Of a stretch of 64,000 bases of DNA, positions 55,781-64,000 are shown in pieces. The notes under the pieces are model-generated. The model did not search any database. It was not told the origin of the DNA and saw only the letters and a program-made list of their open reading frames with translations. Position numbers and translations under genes: made by a program. Source of the stretch: Bacteroidota bacterium (GTDB lineage: Bacteria > Bacteroidota > Bacteroidia > Bacteroidales > GCA-2748055); the NCBI GenBank assembly GCA_039714775.1, contig JBDLIQ010000004.1:20-64019 (forward strand), read 5' to 3'. The first letter of the stretch is position 1. Each line of letters begins with the position of its first letter.

Positions 55781-58700
55781 TTAAAAATTAATATCCAAAC
55801 CAAAGTTAAATGTCCTCAACAGAGGATAGGTCCAGCCGGCTGAATAACTTCCTGCAGTGGATTCCGGATCAAATGGTTTGATAAAAGGATCGGCAAAAGT
55901 GTAGAGGTTGTTGATGCTTGAGAACACCCTGATATTGTCAATTCCTATCCTGTTGATGGCCGATTTGTTCAGTGTATAACCCAATTCTATATTTTTAATA
56001 CGAACAAAAGAGGCATCTCTTCTCCATGCATCACTCTCTGCATAAAGCATCCCAATTTGCTTAAGCTCTCTGATGCGAATTGCCGGCCATTCGCCAGCGA
56101 CCCACTCGCTGTTGGGGTCATAGGGGTCGGCTCTGTGCCATCTGTCCATAAAATATGCAGGTGTGTTACCGTCGCCCCAGAACATTGTAGTGTAGGCATG
56201 GGTATAACGTACTGTAAAATTAGAAGCTCCCTGAATCAGTGCATTAAGATCAAACCCTTTCCATGAAGCATATAGTGACAATCCATAATGGGTTCTTGGG
56301 GTTTCATTATACATGTTGGGAACAATGTCATTGCCATCGATCACCCCATCACCATTTACATCTTCATACTTAAAGTCTCCGGGCATCTCATTGCTGTTAC
56401 CCAGTTGTCCGTTCTGGATGGGGGCATTGAGTATCTCCTCTTCATCCTGAAATTGCCCTAAATTATTGTATGACCAGACAATTCCCTGCCACCTGTCAGA
56501 CTGTCCACCTCTGTACTTTTGCCAACTGCTGGTAAATTCTCCCTGCTCTACATAGACATTCATTGTGCGGGCAAAATTGACATTTCCCGTGACGCTGTAC
56601 CTGAATTCACCAACCTGATTGTTGTGGGTAAAAGAGAACTCTATCCCCCTGACACGGTCGCTGTTTAGATTCTCCTGTGGATATTTTCCGCCAAATGTGT
56701 TGGGCAGAGAGACATTCCGGTATGCAAGCAGCCCGGTTCTGTCTCTCTGATACCAGTCGGCTGTGAATGTGAGCTTGTTTCTGAAGATGCCCAGATCCAC
56801 CCCAATATCTTTGATATTGGATTCCATCCATGTTAACTCTTCATTGACGATGGTTGGAGTGGCAGCACCGTTTGTAAGTGTACCGTCAACATATTCCCAG
56901 GTTCCGCCCCCTGAAGTGGAGAATCCCATAACATACTGGAACGGGGCACCTGCATCCTGGCCAATGGTCCCGTAGGACCCCCTGATCTTTAAATTGGACA
57001 GCCAGTCAAAGTTGTCTTTCAGAAAATGCTCTTCGGAGACCCTCCATCCACCGGAGACTACTGTAAATAATCCATAACGTTGATCGGGGTGGTACCGGTA
57101 TGATCCATCATATCGCGCGGCAAACTCCACAAGGTATTTACCTTTGTAATCGTAATTGAAACGTCCTATATAGGATCTGAACCTTTGATGCGATTCATTT
57201 CCCCAGGAGGTTGCATTCTCTTCACCGGCCTGGTCAATCTGTGCATTGGTGAAGAACTCATAATATTTATGTATTCCGGCATACCGCCCCTTGGTCTCCT
57301 TTTGTTCAGCAACAAGGGTAAGTCCCAGATTATGATCCTCCAGAAAGGTGGTTTTATAAATTGCAAACCCCTGAAGCGTTAAAAGCGTAGCGTTGCTATA
57401 ACTGTTATTTATATTTGAAGGTGCATTAAAAGAGGTGGGCATATAGGTATCATCTTCAACCGCATAATCGTATAGCTCATAATCGGTACGTACACCCTTG
57501 CCCTGGTAAAAACTCTGGTCAAATGAGGCCACTCCCTTAAACTCAAGCCCCTCTAAGAAGGGTGCTTCATAGGTTAAGTTAAAAGCACTCTGAAATTTAC
57601 TGTCCTGATAGATTCCATAGCCTGTCAGATCACTTTGCGCTATGGCTACCGGGTTCATGGACTGTCCGTCCTGCACACGGTGCAGATAATCGGGATTATC
57701 GTTGGCGTAAACTGAGGAGGTTGGAAGCTGCGATACGGTACCTCTCCAAATGTTATGCACACCGTCAGCCGGTGTGTTTCTCTTATCCGTAAAGCCTGCA
57801 AGGTTGATATCTGCGGTCAGGTTATCGGTAAGCTTTGCAGAGATATTGGTCCTGAAGTTGAACTTATTATAGTTGATGTCCCCCGACTGTAGAAGCCCGT
57901 TATCTTTTATAACACCGGCATTCATATAGTATGATACGATCTCGGTACCACCCTCCGCCGTCAGGCTCACTTCATTTCGCATTGAACGCTTTTTCATAGT
58001 CTCTTCCGACCAGTTTGTACTCTCGTAACCGGGGCCGCCAGCCTGCCAGTTTGCAAACTCTTCTGGTGAGATAACCGGTTCAAGCCCGGCATTGACATAG
58101 GCATCATTGAACATCTCCACATATTGAGCAGCATTCGCCATCTCAGGTACATCGGTAGGCGAAGACCACCCTGTAACAGATTTCAATGTAAATCTGGCTT
58201 TTCCTGTACCACCCTTTTTTGTTGTAACAATGATGACCCCGTTGGCTGCATTCATCCCATAGATAGCTGCCGATGCATCTTTTAGCACTGAGATGCTTTC
58301 GATATCCTCGGACCGAAGCCTTTGAAAGTCCTTTGAATCACCTCTTACAATACCATCGATAACATATAGAGGGGTTCCAAATCCACGTATATTAATGGAG
58401 TTGTCATACATTCCGGGTTCTCCGGTAGTCTGGCGGATATTCAGACCGGCTACTTTTCCCTGAAGCTTTTGAGCAAGACTGGTTGCGGTTGTGGTTTGAA
58501 TGGCCTCATTATCGATGGTTGAAATGGCTCCTGTAAGACTCTTTTTCTTTTGTGTGCCATAGCCAACAACGACCAGTTCATCCAGGCCAACGGCCTCAAC
58601 CTCCATAACGATATCGATCACTGTTCTGCCATTGATATCTATTTCCATGGTTTTCATCCCCACAAAAGAGGCCTCCAGGGTGGTTGCTTCAGAGCTTACC

Positions 58701-58921
58701 ATGATGGTGTAGGAACCATTCACATCTGTGATGCTTCCTGTAGATGGATCGCCAACTACAGTCACGGTCACACCAGGCAGAGGACCGTTCTGATCCGCTA
58801 TGGTCCCTGTAATTTGATGATCCTGTGCTGTTTGCGAATGAACAAATGAGAAACTCATTTGTAAAAGCAGAAAAACCACAGTCAATAATGGGATTTTCAT
58901 GCTGAGACTGGTTTTATCCAT
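55781..58921 (-). CDS. susC: SusC/RagA-family TonB-dependent transporter (copy B)
   Basis: ATG start MDKTSLSMKIPLL. It has the same domain order as copy A (ITGTIADQNGPLPGVTVTVVG; NIRGFGTPLYVIDGI; terminal ...FGLDINF). Confidence 0.9.
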   Translation of the reverse strand: MDKTSLSMKIPLLTVVFLLLQMSFSFVHSQTAQDHQITGTIADQNGPLPGVTVTVVGDPSTGSITDVNGSYTIMVSSEATTLEASFVGMKTMEIDINGRTVIDIVMEVEAVGLDELVVVGYGTQKKKSLTGAISTIDNEAIQTTTATSLAQKLQGKVAGLNIRQTTGEPGMYDNSINIRGFGTPLYVIDGIVRGDSKDFQRLRSEDIESISVLKDASAAIYGMNAANGVIIVTTKKGGTGKARFTLKSVTGWSSPTDVPEMANAAQYVEMFNDAYVNAGLEPVISPEEFANWQAGGPGYESTNWSEETMKKRSMRNEVSLTAEGGTEIVSYYMNAGVIKDNGLLQSGDINYNKFNFRTNISAKLTDNLTADINLAGFTDKRNTPADGVHNIWRGTVSQLPTSSVYANDNPDYLHRVQDGQSMNPVAIAQSDLTGYGIYQDSKFQSAFNLTYEAPFLEGLEFKGVASFDQSFYQGKGVRTDYELYDYAVEDDTYMPTSFNAPSNINNSYSNATLLTLQGFAIYKTTFLEDHNLGLTLVAEQKETKGRYAGIHKYYEFFTNAQIDQAGEENATSWGNESHQRFRSYIGRFNYDYKGKYLVEFAARYDGSYRYHPDQRYGLFTVVSGGWRVSEEHFLKDNFDWLSNLKIRGSYGTIGQDAGAPFQYVMGFSTSGGGTWEYVDGTLTNGAATPTIVNEELTWMESNIKDIGVDLGIFRNKLTFTADWYQRDRTGLLAYRNVSLPNTFGGKYPQENLNSDRVRGIEFSFTHNNQVGEFRYSVTGNVNFARTMNVYVEQGEFTSSWQKYRGGQSDRWQGIVWSYNNLGQFQDEEEILNAPIQNGQLGNSNEMPGDFKYEDVNGDGVIDGNDIVPNMYNETPRTHYGLSLYASWKGFDLNALIQGASNFTVRYTHAYTTMFWGDGNTPAYFMDRWHRADPYDPNSEWVAGEWPAIRIRELKQIGMLYAESDAWRRDASFVRIKNIELGYTLNKSAINRIGIDNIRVFSSINNLYTFADPFIKPFDPESTAGSYSAGWTYPLLRTFNFGLDINF

Positions 58922-59040
58922 TTTCTTTAGTTTTAGGTTTAGAGTATTATTGTTGTTTTTAGGTTGTTTGAAAAGCTAAAATATCTCTGCTTGCTTAAAA
59001 AAGGATTAATTAAAGTATAATAGTTGGTGTTTGATATGTT

Positions 59041-61302
59041 TTAATCCCAGAAAACCCCCTTTTCCGCTCCCATGATAAAGGTCAGTGTGGCACCTTCGGC
59101 AATGGTTGCATGATCGATATAGGGCTCTGTGAGCTTTTTGCCATCCAGAAATACCTCCTCTACATAGGGGGTGGCTTCTGATCTGTTTTTGGCAATTACC
59201 GTAAACAGTTTTCCCCCGGGGAGCTCTATGTCTACTTTGTCGAACGAAGGTCGTCCGATAGAGTACCTGGTATCGCCCGGACATACAGGATAAATTCCAA
59301 TGGAACTTAGAATGTACCATGCTGACATCTGTCCGCAATCCTCATTTCCACACAATCCGTCAGGTCTGTCAGTGTAGAATTTGTCCAGGATCTCTGAAAC
59401 CACCTCCTGGGTTCTCCAGGGACGGTTTACCTCATTAAACAGATAGGCGATGTGGTGGCTGGGTTCATTGCCATGGGCATATTGACCGATCAGACCGGTG
59501 ATGTCGGCCGATTTCTCCTCTCCCAGGACTTCGGAGGTGATTGTGAAGAGAGAATCAAGCTTCAGGGCAAATGCATCCTCGCCTCCCATCAGCCCGATAA
59601 GCCCATCCACATCGTGGGGCACATACCAGCTCCATTGCCAAGCGTTTCCCTCCACGTATGGGCTTTTCCAATGGGCAGAGTAGCGGGGATTGAATGGTTC
59701 ATCCCAGCTTCCGTCCAGCCGCTTGCCCCGCATGAATCCAACCTCTTCATCAAAATAGATCTGGTAGCGGGCAGCCTTTTCAAAGAATGTTTTTGCGATC
59801 TCCTCCTCACCCATATCCTTTGCCATGGTGGCTATGGCCCAGTAGTTGTAAGCAAATTCAAGTGCTTTGGATACAGAAGCGGACTCCAGATCACAGGGAA
59901 TAAAGCCGTATCTCTCTTCGTAGTGCTTCGCTTCAGGCATCAGGTTCGCCCAGGATTCTAAATCTGAGTAGCGGTTCCTGATTGTGGTATCCCAGGCCAC
60001 TGCATGGATCACCGCCTCCAGTGCTTTTGCCGTATCGAAGTCCCGCTGTCCCTTCATATAGGCATCCACAATCACCGATACAGCATGTGACCCGATCATG
60101 GTCCCCGTATAGTTGGATGCCAGCTCCCACATGGGAAGGATCCCTCCCTCATCATATTTGCGAAGCAGATCCCTGATAAGCGTTTGATTGAACCCCGGGT
60201 CCATCAGCGTGAAGAGGGGGTGCAGGGCCCTGTGGGTATCCCAGAGTGAAAAAACAGTGTAGTTGGGGTCTTCAGAATTGTGTATTTCCCGATCCATGCC
60301 GCGGTAGCTCCCATCCACGTCGGAATAGATTGTGGGAGCCAGGGAGGCGTGATAGAGGGCGGTATAGAAGCTCCTCTTCTCCTCAATATCATCTGTTGTA
60401 ATGTTGATTTTGGAGAGTTGTTCTTCCCAGGCAAGTGCTGCCTTTTCCCGGATGTAATCGAAGTCCCATCCGTTTACTTCAAGGTTCAGATTATTTACTG
60501 ATCCCTGGTAGCTGACAGGACTGATGCCTACCTTGGCCAGGAGCTGTTCACCCGCTTCGGTTTTAAAATTCAGTCTGACCCTGGCATCTGTACCGGTAAT
60601 CTCAGAAACATCCTCCTGCAACTCCTCTCCAAGAAACAGTTCGGCTTCGAACGGTTTAGAAAACTTCGCAGTGAAATAGACATCATGCTTTTTTGCCCAT
60701 CCGCTGGTTACCTTAAGCCCCCGGATCTCGCTATCATTAATGATCCGGATCTCATGCAGTGGATTGTTATGTCCGTGTATGGTATGGGTCAGGTCAATCA
60801 TAATACCCGCCTTCCCGCCCTTCTGGAAAGTATACCTGTGCAGACCCGCCCTCTGGGTGGCAGTCAGCTCCACCAGGATATCATAGTCGGATAGTTCGAC
60901 GCGATAGTATCCGGGAGTAGCCTCTTCAGATGTTTTGGTGAATTCTGCTTCACCTGCAGTGACCGGAACCTCTCCGGTAAATGGCATAAAGAGGATATCC
61001 CCGTAATCGCCTATGCCTGTCCCGCTCAGATGGGTGTGACTGAATCCCAGGATCGAAGAGTCAGAATAGTGGTATCCGGCACAGGCGTCCCAGCCAAGGG
61101 TCCGTGTATCCGGACTGAGCTGAACCATTCCGAATGGCACCGTAGCACCCGGAAAGGTGTGTCCATGGTCATCGGTTCCGATAAACGGGTCCACATAATC
61201 AATGATTGATGAATCGTTATTCCGGTTCGGATCTGAGCATCCAAAGCTACATGCGATGCAAACAGAGGTGAGCGTAATAATAAGCTTGTTGGAGAATTTC
61301 AT
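59041..61302 (-). CDS. Glycoside hydrolase family 92 alpha-mannosidase (lipoprotein)
   Basis: ATG start and lipoprotein signal ACSFGCS. The GH92 N-terminal signature is DPFIGTDDHGHTFPGATVPFGMVQLSPDT. The length (753 aa) is typical. Confidence 0.9.
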   Translation of the reverse strand: MKFSNKLIITLTSVCIACSFGCSDPNRNNDSSIIDYVDPFIGTDDHGHTFPGATVPFGMVQLSPDTRTLGWDACAGYHYSDSSILGFSHTHLSGTGIGDYGDILFMPFTGEVPVTAGEAEFTKTSEEATPGYYRVELSDYDILVELTATQRAGLHRYTFQKGGKAGIMIDLTHTIHGHNNPLHEIRIINDSEIRGLKVTSGWAKKHDVYFTAKFSKPFEAELFLGEELQEDVSEITGTDARVRLNFKTEAGEQLLAKVGISPVSYQGSVNNLNLEVNGWDFDYIREKAALAWEEQLSKINITTDDIEEKRSFYTALYHASLAPTIYSDVDGSYRGMDREIHNSEDPNYTVFSLWDTHRALHPLFTLMDPGFNQTLIRDLLRKYDEGGILPMWELASNYTGTMIGSHAVSVIVDAYMKGQRDFDTAKALEAVIHAVAWDTTIRNRYSDLESWANLMPEAKHYEERYGFIPCDLESASVSKALEFAYNYWAIATMAKDMGEEEIAKTFFEKAARYQIYFDEEVGFMRGKRLDGSWDEPFNPRYSAHWKSPYVEGNAWQWSWYVPHDVDGLIGLMGGEDAFALKLDSLFTITSEVLGEEKSADITGLIGQYAHGNEPSHHIAYLFNEVNRPWRTQEVVSEILDKFYTDRPDGLCGNEDCGQMSAWYILSSIGIYPVCPGDTRYSIGRPSFDKVDIELPGGKLFTVIAKNRSEATPYVEEVFLDGKKLTEPYIDHATIAEGATLTFIMGAEKGVFWD

Positions 61303-61363
61303 GTAGACAAAGAAGCGTTTGTTTACATAAAAAATGATTAATAATTAATTAACCGGGAGCTGT

Positions 61364-63928
61364 TCAGATAATAAAGTGAGAATTTTCCAGTACCTGATTA
61401 AAGGTTTTATGGTAATTCTCGTCATAAAGTACCCTGTACTCCTTTTCAAATTTTGTAAAAGCGTCTTTTGCCAGGCTGTGTTTCCCCAGTGAGGCGAGTA
61501 CCTTGCACTTAATGGTCATGGCTTCTTCGTTCACCTTGTCAAAATAGAATACAGAATTGGCAAGGTGGATTATAAAATCGGGGTCCTCCTTCGTGGCATT
61601 GACCTCAACATATCCCAGGATCCCATCGATGATCTCATTGGACAACTCCGCTTTAAAATCATCCAGCCAGTCCGCATTAATATTTGAAAGGGCAGGCCCC
61701 TTCTGAATAATGGTCAGAAGCCGGTCTACATCTTTTTTTGACCAGCTTTTATAGTTCATGGCAAGCATGAGATATTCAAAATAATCAATACAGTGATCAT
61801 CATGTTCGAACTCAAATTTCCAGTACCCGGTATCCTTGGTTATGCGGCAGGGGCCCACAGTTTCAAGAAGTGACCTTAGTTTGGCGATATTGACGGACCT
61901 GTTGTTCCGGGCCGATTGCTCCGATTTGTCAAACCAGAAGACCTCATCCAATGCTTTGGAAGAGACCCCCTTATCAAAGCGGAGGGAGTTTAGCATAATG
62001 TAGAGGAACAACTCTTTAAGCAACGGGGTGAATGAACTGGTGATGTCATCACCACTCCTGTTGATTACCTGGAAACCACCAAATATATGTATCGACCCCA
62101 GTTTTTCCACAGGGCTGGATGTGCTGACTGAATCTGAGCTCTCCCCGGTATTCTTATCTGCTTCCACATCAGAAAGTGCCGGCTCATCCAGCCTGTCTTC
62201 TCTTTTTCTGCGCCTAAGGATGAAAGCTGTTGCAGAGAGAACTGCCAGGATAATCAGGAGATAAAGAAAGGAGCTCGAGCGCTCTCCGTGAGGGGAGTTT
62301 GCCAGGAACGGTTTTACCGGAGGATAGGCAATTTCGTGGATGGATAGGCTGGTGTTCTGATCATCAAAAAAGGAGGTGACCGAAATCAGCTTCTGCTCCT
62401 GGTTGTTGTAAAAAAGATCAATGGTGGATTTGATGTCCAGAAATTGAAATGTCAGGGGGTCACCTACACTTCGCATGCTAAAATCGTCGAGGGAGATTGC
62501 AACTGCCTGAAGTTTCGGATTTGCTTCGTATTTGGAGAATCTCAGTCCGTAAAGAAGATTGGATGCGGTGTCAATATAGAGCGAATTGCTAAAACAAAAA
62601 TCATCCGAAAGGTTATCAAACTCAGCGATGGTCTTGAAACTGTTTTCTTCGAATGAATAAGATAGCAGGTCATAGTAGTAGGCCGGACTAATGGCCTGGT
62701 CACTGGTTTTACTCCCATATCCACCAAGGATGTAGGCACTCTTTTTTGCAGGATGGTATCCAAGTCCTGCCAGGTACCTCGGGTAAAAAGTGCCTGAATA
62801 GGTGACCGTATCCCAGGTGCTAAGAGAGTCATTATACCTGAACAGAGAGTTGAAATACTTATAATCCCCGTATCCTCCGAATACATAGAGTTGATTGCTG
62901 GCGGGGTCGATGATGCGGTTGTGCTGCCAGTAGATTGCACGCATGGGTGGAAAACAGGTTCCAGCAGGATCGGATTCCATATCAAGGAGGGGGACCATCA
63001 TGTTACCCTCTACTGCGTAAACGAAAGGTTGATCGCTTTTTGGATCAATGACCAGCCGGGAATTAATACTTGAGTCACAACGCGTAGCAGTGGTTGTGAC
63101 GTAGGTTTGATGGGTTCCGGGATTGTACCTGAACAGTGAATCGTTTGCCAGCATGATCAGCTCATTGGTCTTCTGGTCATATGTGTGTCTTATCTTCCCC
63201 TTCATTTTAAAGGAGCGGTTCAGCGTCCAGGTTGAATGAAGCTTTTTAATCCAGATGGGATGGGTCGCAACTCCGTGGTTTCCAGACACCCTGTCAATCA
63301 CCTCTTCTCCGTTTTCCTGGTCAAGGGCCCAGTGATGCAGGGTTTTGTGATGCCTTTTAATCCGAATGGAACGGATATTCATGCAAGGCAGGTCGGTGGA
63401 GCTGAACCGTTCGTAACGATGGGCACCAAAAAACAGTTTAAGCTCAGCACTCTTCCCGGAGACCTCCAGCCGGTCTGCAAATACTGTGTCGCCCACAGTG
63501 AGTAGAAGCTCCTGGTTTTTCAGATCCATCTTCATCTTCACGTTGATCCAATCAGAGGTGACCTCTTCAAGAGGCAGGTGAAATGAGATCTTGCTGATCG
63601 ATTCTCCTGCAACCAGGTGAAAATTTTCCGGTTTGGTGCTAAATTGAGTAAAGATCAGGTCGTAATTCTTCCCATTGATAATGGCCCGAAAAATATAACC
63701 GAAGTAGGCCTCCCGGTTTGCCTCAATGCGCATATCAAAACTTAATTCAAACTCAGGACCAACATGGATCGGCCTCCCGGGCGTCAGATCCAGGCCTGTT
63801 CGCTGGTCAAGAGGAACTTCATGGCCCATAAAACGAAGCCCGGTGACACTCTGCCCACAGGTGTTCTGTGCGATGGTAAAGACCAACGCAGAAATTATAA
63901 CAATATAGAGGTGATGAAACCGCTCCAT
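61364..63928 (-). CDS. Single-pass membrane regulator with exported LamG/Kelch-like sensor and cytoplasmic SARP-like wHTH + BTAD (copy B)
   Basis: ATG start. It is colinear with the regulator at 24078-26600. The TM helix FLYLLIILAVLSATAFIL lies at about 62219-62275. The C-terminus reads IHIFGGFQVINRSGDDITSSFTPLLKELFLYIMLN...EAMTIKCKVLASLGKHSLAKDAFTKFEKEY. Confidence 0.65.
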   Translation of the reverse strand: MERFHHLYIVIISALVFTIAQNTCGQSVTGLRFMGHEVPLDQRTGLDLTPGRPIHVGPEFELSFDMRIEANREAYFGYIFRAIINGKNYDLIFTQFSTKPENFHLVAGESISKISFHLPLEEVTSDWINVKMKMDLKNQELLLTVGDTVFADRLEVSGKSAELKLFFGAHRYERFSSTDLPCMNIRSIRIKRHHKTLHHWALDQENGEEVIDRVSGNHGVATHPIWIKKLHSTWTLNRSFKMKGKIRHTYDQKTNELIMLANDSLFRYNPGTHQTYVTTTATRCDSSINSRLVIDPKSDQPFVYAVEGNMMVPLLDMESDPAGTCFPPMRAIYWQHNRIIDPASNQLYVFGGYGDYKYFNSLFRYNDSLSTWDTVTYSGTFYPRYLAGLGYHPAKKSAYILGGYGSKTSDQAISPAYYYDLLSYSFEENSFKTIAEFDNLSDDFCFSNSLYIDTASNLLYGLRFSKYEANPKLQAVAISLDDFSMRSVGDPLTFQFLDIKSTIDLFYNNQEQKLISVTSFFDDQNTSLSIHEIAYPPVKPFLANSPHGERSSSFLYLLIILAVLSATAFILRRRKREDRLDEPALSDVEADKNTGESSDSVSTSSPVEKLGSIHIFGGFQVINRSGDDITSSFTPLLKELFLYIMLNSLRFDKGVSSKALDEVFWFDKSEQSARNNRSVNIAKLRSLLETVGPCRITKDTGYWKFEFEHDDHCIDYFEYLMLAMNYKSWSKKDVDRLLTIIQKGPALSNINADWLDDFKAELSNEIIDGILGYVEVNATKEDPDFIIHLANSVFYFDKVNEEAMTIKCKVLASLGKHSLAKDAFTKFEKEYRVLYDENYHKTFNQVLENSHFII

Positions 63929-64000
63929 TTCCGGGCTAAATATAGTAATTGCATAACTATTTCAACAGATGTTTTATGAAATGTAAATATTGGCTTATAT

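Noticed and set aside
1-64000. Search by eye for CRISPR arrays, tRNA/rRNA genes, transposases, integrases, phage genes, toxin-antitoxin or known defence-system genes.
   Set aside because: No regularly spaced short direct repeats, no tRNA-like or rRNA-like segments, and no recombinase, nuclease or ATPase signatures typical of mobile or defence elements were seen. Essentially all long ORFs are carbohydrate-related, secreted or regulatory.

Overview
This window looks like a Bacteroidota accessory carbohydrate-utilisation region (SusC/SusD pairs, many T9SS C-terminal sorting domains, a Bacteroidetes-type -7 promoter box). All family calls come from reading motifs in the translations by eye; no HMM or database search was run.

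Layout:
- 1-563 (-): 5' part of a FISUMP-domain gene that runs off the left edge.
- 0.7-8.65 kb (+): an orphan 966-aa protein, a T9SS cargo of unknown function, a secreted amidohydrolase-2 and a GH78 alpha-L-rhamnosidase. This run converges on a sulfatase (-).
- 8.9 kb to the right edge: every gene is on the - strand.

Two paralogous PUL cores sit about 35.0 kb apart. Each has a membrane-anchored regulator, SusC, SusD and a DUF3823 protein.
- Core A (12.7-26.6 kb) continues into a GxGYxYP-like protein, a CBM/T9SS protein, GH3-PA14, an MtlD-like dehydrogenase and a GntR regulator.
- Core B (44.3-63.9 kb) carries an extra GH92 and continues into a GDPD phosphodiesterase, a tandem beta-helix (GH55-like) protein, a TIM-barrel-like lipoprotein and a single beta-helix protein.
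- Between the cores lie a 1221-aa internally duplicated T9SS protein and a tightly packed four-gene block: a multidomain GH/esterase, CotH-LTD, a transglutaminase-like lipoprotein and a second CotH-LTD.

Most interesting observations:
1. The PUL regulators are not HTCS, SusR or ECF types. They look like single-pass membrane proteins with an exported LamG/Kelch-like sensor and a cytoplasmic SARP-like winged-helix plus BTAD output.
2. The T9SS-secreted CotH / transglutaminase-like / CotH block.
3. A near-identical tract (194 nt, one mismatch) inside the DUF3823 paralogs, while neighbouring paralogs are much more diverged. This suggests gene conversion.
4. A helically phased array of four 17-bp palindromes flanked by a 13-nt direct repeat in the longest intergenic gap.
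5. Nine T9SS-CTD cargo proteins in one window.

I saw no rRNA, tRNA, CRISPR array, transposase or integrase.
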